The translations under genes were made by a program, and so were the position numbers. From positions 71,580,419-71,644,165 of the forward strand of contig NC_068989.1 of the NCBI RefSeq assembly GCF_001194135.2: 63,747 bases of DNA, in the 5' to 3' direction. Shown piece after piece: positions 47,901 to 57,656 of the stretch; position 1 is the stretch's first letter; every line of letters starts with the position of its first letter. Under the pieces are notes generated by a model. The model worked only from the letters and a program-made list of their open reading frames with translations, was not told the origin of the DNA and did no database searches. Source of the DNA: Octopus bimaculoides (taxonomy: Eukaryota).

Positions 47901-50900
47901 GACCTGAGAAAGGAAGACCTTCTCTCGGGGAAAATAGCCCAGAGTTAAGAAGAGTGGAAAAAAGTCATTGATAATCCATGCTCTGTAGGAAGTGAAGGGC
48001 TTAAGATGCAAAAAGTCTCTCAAGTTCAAACTCAAGGATTATCTCAGCCTTTCATGTCACCAGTTATGACAAAGATGAGTAGTAAACCTGGAATTGATTA
48101 AATTGATTTCTCACCTTCAAGGTTACCCTTTTGAGGCCTTGTGACATCAGCATTAGAAAATCAATAATGTGAAGTCATTTGTAAAAGGCTATGGCTATCA
48201 CTTGCAATTGAAGACAATTCAGTATCAACTTGTATTGTGTTTTTGCTAATGGTTTTAAGTGCCCACCCATGTAGTTGTGATTAGATACAGACACTCTTTT
48301 AATCCACCCCACTCCTACCCTTGACCCAGTACTTGATTGGTACTTCTTATTTTATTGACCCTGGCAGAATGAAAGGCAAAATTGACATCAGCAAGGTTTC
48401 AAATCAGAGTGTAGAACACCAGAACAAATAATACTACAACTCATTCCAGCCAATCTCCTAAAATACTTCATGGTATTTGTTCTGACTTTCTGCACTCTGA
48501 GTTCAAATCCTGCCAAGGTCAACTTTGCCATTTATCTTTTCAAGACTGATAAAAACAAAAAGTACCAATCCAAGCCAATGGATTGGTGGAATTGGATGAA
48601 TTGGATGCCTTGCAGTATTTGTTCAAGTTCTTTGCATTCTGAGTTCAAATCTCAGTAAGGCCTACTTGGTTATAGCTTTGGCATATTTAACATCTTTTGT
48701 GCCATAGGAGTCCATTATATTGTAAGCATCTAGCACCAGCTTTCCACTTTGAGGATATCTCCATCCATCCTTCTCTACCTTAATCAGTATCTGAGGTCCC
48801 TATAAAAAGTCAAAGACAGTGCCTTTCTCCTTGACCAAACAATGAAATAAATAAATAGGTGCAGGTATAGCTGTGAGGTAAGAAGTTTGCTCCCCAACTG
48901 CATAGTTTTTGGGTTCAGTCCCATTGCACAGCACCTTGGGCAAGTGTCTTCTATTATATCTTCAGGCCAACAAAAGCCTTGTGAGTGGATTTGGTAGACT
49001 GAAACTGAAAGAAGCCCATCATATATACATGTGTGTGTGTTTGTCTCCCACAACCACTTAACAACTAGCAAAAAGTGTCCAATAGGATAAATACCATGCT
49101 TAAAATTAAAAAATAAGGACTGGGGTCAATTTGTTAGACTGAACCCTTCAAGGTGGTGCCCCAGCATGGCCACAATCCAATGACAAAACAAGTAAGAGGT
49201 AAAAGATAAATAAATAAATATAAACAGGAAATTTTCAAAGAATTACCAAAAGGATAAAAAATGCTACAAACCAGAAAATGGAATGGTAAGTCTCTGAAAA
49301 TCCACCAAAGCCAGTCATGAAATACAGTTTCTGTAGATTTACTGTGCTGCTGGATATAACTATGAGCAGATCTCTGAAAATAAAAAAAGAAAATGAATAA
49401 GAAAGGTTATAGATCATCCTTTGTTTTTTTTAATTAAAAAATAACCAAATATACTAATTTGCGAGAATTATTTATGTATTTATTTAATTAGCAATTACAT
49501 TGTGGAAGATCCATTTTAACTATCTGAAAATACTGAAAAATTTATATTCACTTTCTGTGTTTTTGTTTATGACTTACTGGGTCTAGAGGAAGGAACAGTG
49601 CTATAGTCTTCACAGGCTCTTGTAGACCAGTGAGATTGATGCCATTAATGTTTCTCCAAGGTGCCAAGTGATGGTGTTAACCCAAGTAATAGATTAATGC
49701 TTCTATCTAAAGAAGCCATAGCAGAATTTTAACTCTGAAGACAAAGTGCCAGAACAAATAGTGCAAGGCATTAGGTCCAATATTCTGCTTCGAATTGACC
49801 CCAAAAGAATAAGACAAAGTTGACCATGACAGAATTTGAACTTACAGTGTAGAGAGTTAAAACAAATACCAAGAAGCATTCTCTCCAATGCTATAATGAC
49901 TCTGCCAACTCACCACTTTAAATGTGCAGAGCAGTGATAATGCAGAGCATATGAGGGGTTTTGTTATGTCTCAAGCTACTGCTATCTAGCACCTTCGGAT
50001 GATCTCTACTCAACACACCTACCACGGCCAGACTACCTCTATTTATATGTCTTGGGAGATCCTACTTCTTCACCTGGGGGCGTCGACACAACAGTTTTTC
50101 AGTCTTGCTGGTGGCAAGGTGACCTCTATAATGCTGGTGCCATGAAAATATGCATTCAGTGCACTCTGTAGGATNNNNNNNNNNNNNNNNNNNNNNNNNN
50201 NNNNNNNNNNNNNNNNNNNNNNNNNNNNNNNNNNNNNNNNNNNNNNNNNNNNNNNNNNNNNNNNNNNNNNNNNNNNNNNNNNNNNNNNNNNNNNNNNNNN
50301 NNNNNNNNNNNNNNNNNNNNNNNNNNNNNNNNNNNNNNNNNNNNNNNNNNNNNNNNNNNNNNNNNNNNNNNNNNNNNNNNNNNNNNNNNNNNNNNNNNNN
50401 NNNNNNNNNNNNNNNNNNNNNNNNNNNNNNNNNNNNNNNNNNNNNNNNNNNNNNNNNNNNNNNNNNNNNNNNNNNNNNNNNNNNNNNNNNNNNNNNNNNN
50501 NNNNNNNNNNNNNNNNNNNNNNNNNNNNNNNNNNNNNNNNNNNNNNNNNNNNNNNNNNNNNNNNNNNNNNNNNTATATATATATATATATATATATCATG
50601 CTTTATTATAAAAGCAGCAAAATACTCACAGAACTGTTATCCAGTTTCATGTTCCCATTTGTTGGACAGTTTTGAAGAATATGCTTTTATAATAAAGCAT
50701 ATTACTCTACCCTTGGTATTTGAGTACTATTTTCTCTACATTGTTTTGCACTCAAGTGCCTGCCTCTGTGTGTGTGTGTGTACGTATATATATATGTATA
50801 TATATATGTGTATATCTATCTATCTATTTATCTATCTATATATATATATATGTGTGTGTGTGTGTATATCTATATATGTGTATATATATCTATATATATG

Positions 50901-51575
50901 TGTGTATATATATCTATATATATATGTGTTTATATATCTATATCTATATATATATATTGCTTCAGCTGCCTGAGGGAAGTGGATAATTAAGCAACTACTC
51001 ATTGCATAAGCACTTGAAATGTGCATATCATTAAATGTACTTCAAAAACCAATAATTGGCTTCTATCATTATTCAAATATTATGGAGCTCACATTTCTGA
51101 CATTCTAGCTTACCTTTGCATGGATAATATATTTACAATGCAATACAGGTATAGGAGTGGAATGATGATCATCTAAACAATAATAACTTGTACAGTATTT
51201 CATTAAAGTAACCTACTAAATACACGTATACACATCATCATTGTTTTAACATTCACTTTTCTATGCTTGCATGGGTTGGATGAAGCTTTTTGAGGCAAAT
51301 TTCCTATTTGTTGTCACTAACCTTAAGTGACAGAATATTTTCCCAAACATGTTTTTTCAGAATATTGAAAATGAATGACACTGTTTGTGACTGACATTAA
51401 TTTAAATAATGTCAAGATGAGGCACAGGTATGGTTGTGTGGTTAGAAGCTTGCTTCCCAATCACATGGTTCCAGGTTCAGTCCCACTGCATGGGTAAGCA
51501 TGGTCTTCTACTATAGCCTTGGGTCAACCAAAGCCTTGTGAGTGGATTTGGTAAATGGAAACTGAAAGAAGCCCG

Positions 51576-51613
<38 letters not shown>

Positions 51614-53610
51614 GTGTGTGGGTCTTTGTGTCTGTGTTTGTTCCTCCACCATCGCTTGACAACCGATGTTGGTGTGCTTATGGTCCCATAACTTAGCAGT
51701 TTGGCAAAAGAGATAGATAAAATAAGTACTAGGCTTACAAAGAATAAGCCCTGTGGTCAATTTCTGTGACTAAAAACCCTTTAAGACAGTGCTCCAGCAT
51801 GGCCATAGTCAAATGACTGAAACAAGTAAAAGGGTAACAAGAAGACAGAAAATCACTCACTCACACACACATTCATTCACAAAAACACACAATGGGGTTC
51901 TTTTAGTTTCCATCAACCAAATCCACTCATGAAGCTTTGGTTGACCTGGGGCTGTGGTAGAAGATACTTGGCCTCCACAGTGAGACTGAACCTCGATTCA
52001 AGTGGTTTGGAAGCAAACATCTTAACCACACAGCCACACCTGCACTAATGTTGTATATATATTTATACACACACACACACGCATATACATATGCCTAATG
52101 CATAGTTGAATAATATTTGGCTAGAAACCTTGTAGTATGCAATACAAAGCTTGTCCATAGTTGTTGGCTGCCAAATGTCATCATACAGTGGGAATACTCC
52201 TGCCACTGGATATGCACCTTGAATTCCATAATATCCATTAAGTTTATACAAAGAGAAGAATATACTTAATACTTATATCATCATCATCATCGTTTAACGT
52301 CCGCTTTCCATGCTAGCATGGGTTGGACGATTTGACTGAGGATTGGCAAGCCAGAAGGCTGCACCAGGCTCCAATCTGATCTGGCAGAGTTTCTACAGCT
52401 GGATGCCCTTCCTAACGCCAACCACTCCGAGAGTGTAGTGGGTGCTTTTATGTGCCACCGGCACGAGGGCCAGTCACATGGTACTGGCAATGGCCACGCT
52501 CAAAAAGGTGTTTTTTACATGCCACCTGCACAGGAGCCAGTCCAGCGGCACTGGCAACAATCTCGCTCGAATGTCTTTACACGTGCCAGGAAGGTGACGC
52601 TGGGCACAGGTGCCATCACAATTTCGCTTTATATATGTAAGTTATAGATAATGGTCATTACATATTTTTCCTGTGTTAGAGTAAATTTGGCTTACAGCTG
52701 TTTCCAGTAGTCATTATAGGTACATTGCTGATAGGTTTACTCAATCGATCTAATGATCAGTGAGAAAAATTGAATGACCTAAAAAAAATTAATGGCACTT
52801 TCATCAGAGCCATTTCTGATGTGTATACACACACACACACGCCTATATATATATATGCTTAATTTTCTGGTACACTTTGATTTGGCAACAGAGCATAGTG
52901 TTTTCAAAACTAATAGATTATTGTAAAACTACTTACTGCATATTTCTTCGAAAGGTCTCGCATAACCAGTTTAATTGCATTATGGGATGATTTATTCATG
53001 GGTAAGTAAAACTGGGCTTTGCTGCGGAACAAATTGTAAACGGTGTTGAAACAATCCGAAGGTTCCATGTAATGAAGCAGGATACTGACTAAACATTGGA
53101 GCACTGGACAGTAAGAAATATCAGGATTCGTATGGGAAATGATTGCCAAAATCTTTTCAACTTCTTCCATGCCTAAGTTGTTTAAGAAATATGGTGTGGA
53201 AATTTTGTGGTCTCCTAAGACTGATACAGGAACGTGGTTTTTGGTCTCTGGAAAGAGAAAAAGATCTATGTTTGTATTCAATATTTTGTTTCTTTTACAC
53301 ACAATAACGTTTTGGTTTTCAGTCCATTTTTTTTATGCTGGCATGAGTTAGATGAAAAAGTATGCATGTGTGTATGTATACACACACACACAAGCACATG
53401 GGTACAAAACGTTAAACAAAAAATGTTCTCAAATAGCAAAGGTTGAGTAAAATAGTATTTCACTAACTGTTAACCACAGTTTTATTTAAGCAACTGTAAG
53501 ACAGTCGCAAGTATTTAGAATAATGCAATAGCTTATAAGTATTTATAAGTATTCATTATTACCAACTCATGATGATCAGTTTTGTGAAATTCTTTTCACC
53601 TTTAATAAAA

Positions 53611-53654
<44 letters not shown>

Positions 53655-55076
53655 TTATTAATTTTTAGCAGGTCTGAGAGTTTCATGCGTTTGGTAAGTG
53701 CCAACACACGAAACTCCCAGACCTTCAGTCACTCTGTTACTTCTGCTGAATATTAATAAAAATATACATATACTCATATTTTGAGTTCCATTTTTCCTGT
53801 TTGCATCAACATATCTATCTATTTGGATGGGATGCCAGTCCATCGCAGCATTACTCAAGAAACAAGAAGAAAGAGTGAGAGAAAGTTGGGGCGAAAGAGT
53901 ACAACAGGGGTTGCCATCAGCCCCTGCTGGAGCCTCATGGAGCTTTAGGTGTTTTCGCTTAATAAACAATGCCCAGTCTGGGAATCGAAACTGCGGCCCT
54001 CTGACCACTGGGCCATTGCGCCTCCACTACTTATATACAAGCATTCTGGTAAATTGAAATTTGTCATATGACACTCTGGGTCTCATCCACTTATTTGTGT
54101 TTAAACATTTTGCGAAAATACAAATGTCTCACATAGATACAGGGCAATAAAGATTTAAGAAAGAAGGAGAGAGGAAGCATGTAGTGAATCAACCCCAGTA
54201 TTGGGTGGGTGTTTATTTTATTGATCTTAGTGTCGTGGTGGGGTGAAGTACTAAAAATGAACCCTTGCAGGATTTGAAGTGTAATGTGAAAGGAACTAAA
54301 GTAAATACTAGCAGACCTGTCAGCGGGATTTCTGCATTCTCTTTTTGACATTTCCATATAACATCTCAGACGTTGTCATTGGGAGTAATATATCTTTTGG
54401 TTAAGAGAGAGGGCATAAGAGGTGAGAAAGAGAGATGCTTATGTAAAAGAGAGGTGTATGGATGGAAAAATGAAGTGATGAAGAGAGAGGAGAATAAATG
54501 AGGGAGAGAGAGGCATATGGATGGAAGAATGAGGTGAAAAAGTGAGAGGAGAGTAAATAAGGGAGAGAGAAAGGGTAAGAAGTGAGAGACAAGTGTATAT
54601 GAGAGAGAAATGGGAGAACATGAGAGAAAGAGAGATGTATGTGTGAGAGGAAGGGAGGTGAGAAAGAGGTGTGGGAGAGAGAGAGAGAAAGAAGAATTAG
54701 AGAGAAAGAGAAAGAAAGTGTTAACATAAAGTACCAACTGCAAAGAATTGTCTTTTTGGTACTTACCGTTTCCAAACAACTGTTCTTTCATTTCCTCATA
54801 AATGCTGCTGTGCGTCTTGTGTAAGTTTGAGCAGAGAAGTGGCCAGAGGGTCTTTCGTAAAGGGTGGTCAACTGGCCAATGATTTGACCTGAGAAATAAT
54901 TTCAGAGGTTTTCTGTCCCGCAAGTTAAGCAACTGTCGCAGTTCCTCTTCAGAAGAACTTGGCGTTCGGATGGGCGACGAAGACTGGTTAGCTGTTAAGG
55001 AATTGACTTTGGTATTGAAATCGGTTATCTTTCCCACGTCGACGTATTGGGTGAATACTGGATTGGCTTCTTCCAT
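10897..55076 (-). CDS. TBC1D24: TBC1 domain family member 24 / skywalker ortholog (TBC + TLDc), 9 coding exons, 541 aa
   Basis: join(-) 54767-55076, 52937-53247, 49272-49373, 46877-46967, 41696-41787, 34700-34912, 16160-16318, 13184-13395, 10897-11032 = 1626 nt. All introns GT-AG with matching phases (1,0,0,1,0,0,0,2). Motifs match human TBC1D24 and fly Sky as recalled: [59 protein letters not shown]. Confidence 0.95.
11595..11893 (+). mobile_element. SINE family B-related copy
   Basis: tRNA-like head plus gggccagccttgtcac...ttaatttcacaagcaggctgttcc tail. Confidence 0.75.
13184..13395 (-). CDS. TBC1D24: TBC1D24 coding exon 8, TLDc (VFGAFCS...FGTGETF...LIIGG)
   Basis: Acceptor ccaccttcag, donor GG|GTAAGT, phase 2. 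Confidence 0.95.
14628..14875 (-). mobile_element. M1 MITE with an internal poly(A) run
   Basis: TTAA ends and TIR tcctttagcatt / aatgttaaaggg. Confidence 0.75.
15095..15319 (-). mobile_element. M1 MITE
   Basis: TTAA ends, family match. Confidence 0.75.
15885..16040. repeat. Fold-back repeat with about 32-nt asymmetric bulge
   Basis: Outer 41-bp and inner 23-bp stems with 1 mismatch each, 2-nt loop. Confidence 0.92.
16160..16318 (-). CDS. TBC1D24: TBC1D24 coding exon 7, TLDc start (FYVIWSWLP...KTLTDE)
   Basis: Acceptor attgttttcag, donor GAG|GTAATT, 53 codons. Confidence 0.95.
17305..17635 (-). mobile_element. SINE family A
   Basis: Reverse-complement match to the family, diverged. Confidence 0.8.
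17739..17756 (-). CDS. TBC1D24: Candidate 18-nt microexon (IERSFQ)
   Basis: Perfect donor CAG|GTAAGT, acceptor tttttgtgacag, phase 0-0, no stop. Confidence 0.4.
18043..18080. repeat. Poly(A) run of about 38 nt. Other simple repeats: (TA)n 2941-2968, 15859-15886, 53627-53651; (GA)n 32907-32942; (CAT/CAC)n about 63505-63570
   Basis: Direct read. Confidence 0.9.
18090..18445 (+). mobile_element. SINE family A
   Basis: Diverged near-full copy. Confidence 0.8.
19350..19665 (+). mobile_element. SINE family B-related copy
   Basis: Same tail as above, diverged. Confidence 0.75.
23708..24012 (-). mobile_element. SINE family A
   Basis: Reverse-complement match. Confidence 0.8.
25997..26074 (-). CDS. 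TBC1D24: Candidate in-frame cassette exon of TBC1D24 ([26 protein letters not shown])
   Basis: Polypyrimidine tract plus AAGCAG tandem acceptor, donor GAT|GTGAGT. 78 nt, phase 0-0, matching intron 6. Confidence 0.65.
27130..27885 (+). mobile_element. Cluster of SINE family A pieces (27130-27435, 27535-27600, 27735-27885)
   Basis: Family matches. Confidence 0.75.
28226..28447 (+). mobile_element. TTAA-type MITE family M2. Also about 26252-26478 and 57061-57118 (partial)
   Basis: ttaacccttccgttaccatatttctg ... atcaaaagggt(c/t)aa. Confidence 0.7.
28584..28737 (-). mobile_element. SINE family D, 5'-truncated
   Basis: Match to 52280-52430. Confidence 0.85.
29490..29670. repeat. Degenerate minisatellite (GTGAAGAGATTGATGC-like unit, about 27-bp spacing)
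   Basis: Five or more diverged copies of (g)agattgatg. Confidence 0.7.
30255..30480 (-). mobile_element. Family D-related repeat (D2). Also 7245-7370, 21405-21640, 34430-34630(+), 51235-51420
   Basis: Shared ggatgcccttcctgttgccaac...gtttccaa(g/t)caaggtaat motif. Confidence 0.7.
31858..32303 (-). mobile_element. Two tandem M1 MITEs sharing one TTAA (32083-32086)
   Basis: 31858-32086 and 32083-32303, same orientation. Confidence 0.8.
33414..33511 (-). CDS. TBC1D24: Candidate alternative or poison exon ([31 protein letters not shown])
   Basis: Acceptor tgtttacaccacag, unique non-repeat sequence. Donors GA|GTAAAG (33420) or AAG|GTGACG (33414). Confidence 0.4.
34700..34912 (-). CDS. TBC1D24: TBC1D24 coding exon 6 ([13 protein letters not shown]...SVLSLDN)
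   Basis: Acceptor ttctgttttcag, donor AAT|GTAAGT, 71 codons. End of TBC domain plus linker. Confidence 0.92.
37000..37140 (-). promoter_or_regulatory. Candidate Pol II promoter motif cluster (TATA, E-box, CCAAT) in intron 5
   Basis: Minus CCTATAAATAA at 37000-37010, TCACGTGAC at 37049-37057, CCAAT at 37074-37078 (-) and 37133-37137 (+), all in CpG-rich sequence. Confidence 0.35.
40105..40253. mobile_element. hAT-like MITE
   Basis: TIR-like atgggcaacctt / aagattgcccat and subterminal gcgggccg. No clear TSD. Confidence 0.5.
41696..41787 (-). CDS. TBC1D24: TBC1D24 coding exon 5 ([13 protein letters not shown]...VDKFGK)
   Basis: Acceptor tctttttctag (phase 1), donor AAG|GTAAGA (phase 0). Bridges exons 4 and 6 exactly; weak similarity to human AGQPLESDSVKQ. 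Confidence 0.85.
44690..44960 (+). mobile_element. SINE family A, 3' module. Other partial copies: 3036-3187(-), 18907-19058(+), 22210-22345(-), 30500-30605(-), 34213-34350(+), 45770-45935(-), 51895-52045(-), 56465-56608(-), 57885-58075(+), 62935-63040(-)
   Basis: Family matches by eye. Confidence 0.75.
45360..45585 (-). mobile_element. SINE family C. Other copies: 2825-2940(+), 4290-4480(-), 47770-48010(+), 48290-48440(-), 48470-48560(+), 49780-49920(-), 54160-54345(-), 57119-57180(-)
   Basis: Match to 7845-8062. Confidence 0.8.
46877..46967 (-). CDS. TBC1D24: TBC1D24 coding exon 4 ([30 protein letters not shown])
   Basis: Hand-translated. Acceptor taatttcag, donor CAG|GTAAGT. Matches EGYKVLYRVAL of TBC1D24. 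Confidence 0.93.
47037..47341. mobile_element. hAT-type MITE with 8-bp TSD
   Basis: TSD CTCTACAT at 47029-47036 and 47342-47349. TIR tggggctggccaac / gttggccaggcctg. Confidence 0.8.
48858..49205 (+). mobile_element. SINE family A, near full length
   Basis: As above; lies just downstream of exon 3. Confidence 0.85.
49272..49373 (-). CDS. TBC1D24: TBC1D24 coding exon 3 (RSAHSYIQ...[15 protein letters not shown])
   Basis: Not in the ORF track; translated by hand. Acceptor ttattttcag, donor CTG|GTTTGT, 34 codons. Matches Sky DWCWWILAGLPF. Confidence 0.92.
50598..50700. repeat. Short inverted repeat next to (TA)n
   Basis: atgctttattataaagca ... tgcttttataataaagcat. Confidence 0.75.
50767..50957. 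repeat. Complex TG/TA/TATC microsatellite
   Basis: Direct read. Confidence 0.95.
51421..51835 (+). mobile_element. SINE family A, full length
   Basis: As above, with a long internal (TA)n. Confidence 0.88.
52280..52615 (-). mobile_element. SINE family D with (GAT)n tail and GGAAGGGCATCCAGCTGTA core
   Basis: Near-identical 3' ends at 28584-28737 and 60318-60540. Diverged copies at 3853-4095(-), 12415-12705(+), 24480-24790(+), 57770-57885(-). Confidence 0.85.
52937..53247 (-). CDS. TBC1D24: TBC1D24 coding exon 2 (ETKNHVP...PDISYCP...LSKKYA)
   Basis: Acceptor tctctttccag, donor GCA|GTAAGT, TBC core motifs. Confidence 0.95.
53653..53761. repeat. Fold-back repeat with asymmetric bulge, next to (TA)n
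   Basis: ttttattaatttttagcag / ctgctgaatattaataaaa and ggtctgagagtttcatgcgtttgg / ccaacacacgaaactcccagacc. Confidence 0.85.
53845..54027 (-). mobile_element. SINE family B, 5' part
   Basis: Same head and body as 58203-58571. Confidence 0.8.
54410..54720. repeat. GA-rich low-complexity tract just downstream of the exon 1 donor
   Basis: Direct read; it is the spurious extension of ORF 54366-55076. Confidence 0.9.
54767..55076 (-). CDS. TBC1D24: TBC1D24 coding exon 1 ([13 protein letters not shown]...EQLFGN)
   Basis: ATG 55076 with in-frame TAA 7 codons upstream (55095-55097). Donor G|GTAAGT, phase 1. Confidence 0.93.
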
Positions 55077-55223
55077 GATGAAGGTAATAATAAATTAAAG
55101 GTTCTTCTCTCTATGATGATTATGGTAGTTCTGTGGGTTCTAATGGTGGGGAAACTATGACAGCTAGAATCTCAATTATTATTGCACAATGACTATGTCT
55201 GTTGTCCAGTTAAATCTGCCAGT
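55077..55223 (-). other. Probable 5' UTR part of the ATG-containing TBC1D24 exon
   Basis: Strong acceptor ttttcttcttcccttctaag at 55224-55225. The 147-nt leader has no ATG and several in-frame stops. Confidence 0.6.
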
Positions 55224-55705
55224 CTTAGAAGGGAAGAAGAAAATATTCACAATGGTTGTATGAATTATAATGAAGTGCTGTCTGTCAAATAAACTGACAA
55301 TGAGAAATTAATAAGCCTGCTTGTTAATTTGCAAAGAAAATTAAATTAACAAACTACCAGTATAAACTTGAAAATAAGCTTGAAAAATAAACTGGGGAAT
55401 TGATTATAAATAGTTGAAAATTTTAAATATTACAAAAGAAAACAAAACAAGATAATACTGTTCTTTAGATGTCCAAGGGAATTGATAAAACGCATGTATA
55501 AATAAATAGATTTAGTTTTGTTCTTTGTAATGATGTATCGACAGGGTTTTTAGGATATTGAATCAGTTGTTTGAAATAGCTTTGTGAGTTGGATCAATCA
55601 TAAAATATCTCGTTAAGATCCTGGGGTAGTAACATAGATGTATTTAAGTAGGAGTCATGTTTTCAGATTTTATTGAGATCAATTTTGTTTATTGCACAGA
55701 CAAGC

Positions 55706-55739
<34 letters not shown>

Positions 55740-56848
55740 TATTTGTTTTACTTTGTTTCTTTTGATTTGCAAGCTTACTTTCAAGTGCTTTATTTAACGA
55801 GCAGTTGAAGAATTTTTTTATTTATTTTTAATTCTAAATAGAATAAGTTATAAATAAAATACAGTATTTGCTAAACCTTTTGTAAATGAGGTTTTACTAA
55901 AAAAAAAAAACATTGAAGAAGGTAATAAATAATAAAAAAAGTAAAAAATGTCAGCTTGTTACTATAATTTACGATGACAGAAGGACATAAATTAACTTAG
56001 ACACAAAATATTCATGTATATATACAAATGATGAACTTTGAAGGAGTCCACACACAACTGTTGAAGTGAAATGGATTGCTAGCTTGAATACTTGTAAACA
56101 ACAGCACTAAATTATTTCACATGTAACATGATTAGAAGAGTTGGGTAGGATTGTGAGCTATTTGAAAACTCAACTGACATAGTTTATCCATTGTCTGCTA
56201 TCCAAATGTGATGGTGCTGCATCATAGCAATTTTGTTTTCTGTACTCGAATGGCACACATTAACCAACAAGTAATTGCAGGAAGCAGGTTGTTATTTGAT
56301 ACAAGAATTCTGAAGAGAAATGGTCAAGAATTTTCTTTCTTCTTTTGTGCAAGTAAAATATCTGAAAGAGAAAAAAAAAGAAAAAGGATTACTTCAACAT
56401 TCATGAATGGAACAGAGATAATATTGGTTTCTTTGGACAAAGAACAAAGACAATTCTTATAGGAGAAATAGAAAAACTGACCCCAAATGAGCCTTTGTAT
56501 GGTCCCACTCAGAAGGCTATAGTAGAAGACAATTGCCCAAGGTACCACACAGTGGAACTGAACCCAGAACCAAGTGGTTAGGAAGCAAACTTCTTACCAC
56601 ACAGCCACTAGAAAAAAAAATGTCTTATCATAGATTCTTGATCAGAACCTATTTGGAAACAAACAATAAGAACAGGTATTTATTTTATTAGTTACAGATG
56701 GCTAAAAAGATAAACTTTAACTGCTATGGAATTTGAGCTAGCAATGTAAAGAAGGTCGATACAAATTACTGTAAAGCATTTAATTCCATGCCCTCCTTAT
56801 TTCTGTCAACTTGTCATCACGCCAGATAAATATTTGTGATAAGAAGGA

Positions 56849-57064
56849 TTAACCCTTTAGCATTCAGATTGCTCTGTCAAAAGTTATGTTTATTTATTTA
56901 CATTGTTTAGAGTTAATCAAACATTATCTTGTGGCTTTGAGATTTAGATTCTAGGATTGTATACTTTTTGTATGACATTGTAGGGTAAGTGTGAAAGGCT
57001 AAATCTGGCCAGTTTGAACATAACACAAATAGAATATTTTGGTCAGATATGGCTTAAGGGTTAA
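56849..57064 (+). mobile_element. TTAA-flanked piggyBac-type MITE, family M1
   Basis: TTAA-ccctttagcatt ... aaggg-TTAA. Same family at 3750-3858 (partial), 14628-14875, 15095-15319, 21824-22048, 30672-30836. Confidence 0.75.
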
Positions 57065-57209
57065 GCCTTTTGTTACTATATTTCTGTTGAAATACATCGT
57101 TTTTATTTCACTTAACATTGGTTTCAAATTTTGGCACAAGGCCAGCAATTTCGAGTTGGGGGTAAGTCAGTTACATTGACACGATTCTGCAGCTCACTGC
57201 AGAAGATGA

Positions 57210-57656
57210 TCAGGACATCTCTAATATGGTTTCATTCAATACATCATGAGATTTTGACATTTTCCTTTGTTTTGTTGCTTGAGAGAGATTCAAAGGCATT
57301 AGATCTTCAGCCTCATCATCAAGTTGGAACATTTCCTCTTGGCATTCATCATAGACTGCAGCAAATTTTGGTACTGATAATTCGTTGGAGCTCTGTGACT
57401 TTGTTAGCTGTGGATTGCTTCCTTGTTGAACTAACGATGGTAATTTGGTGGGTTTCAGGTTAATTTCCATTGGTTTTAATGCTTCCTTATCTACCCATGG
57501 TCCTTTCGCTTGTCTGTCTCGAAGATGTGAATGGATATAACTGTCACTATGTGGAGAATGGACCACTCCGAATTCATTTTCATTTCCTCCAATATCAAAG
57601 ATTGGAATGTTAGGGGAATTTCCATAACTCAAAGACTTTGGTTGTCCACCACTCAT
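57210..57656 (-). CDS. 148-aa ORF of unknown function in an exon (57198-57688) upstream of TBC1D24; candidate uORF or first cistron
   Basis: Non-repetitive ORF MSGGQPK...LEMS* with context caaaATG. Acceptor ctttttacag at 57689, donor GCA|GTGAGC 12 nt after the stop. The frame is also open back to the acceptor (phase 1). Confidence 0.65.
   Translation of the reverse strand: MSGGQPKSLSYGNSPNIPIFDIGGNENEFGVVHSPHSDSYIHSHLRDRQAKGPWVDKEALKPMEINLKPTKLPSLVQQGSNPQLTKSQSSNELSVPKFAAVYDECQEEMFQLDDEAEDLMPLNLSQATKQRKMSKSHDVLNETILEMS

Noticed and set aside
54366-54766. C-terminal 130 aa of the 236-aa track ORF
   Set aside because: Read-through past the GTAAGT donor into a CT-rich intronic tract.
57198-57656. 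Upstream ORF as an in-frame N-terminal extension of TBC1D24
   Set aside because: Its stop precedes the only good donor, internal GT sites are weak, and an in-frame TAA sits before the TBC1D24 ATG. Not excluded without RNA data.
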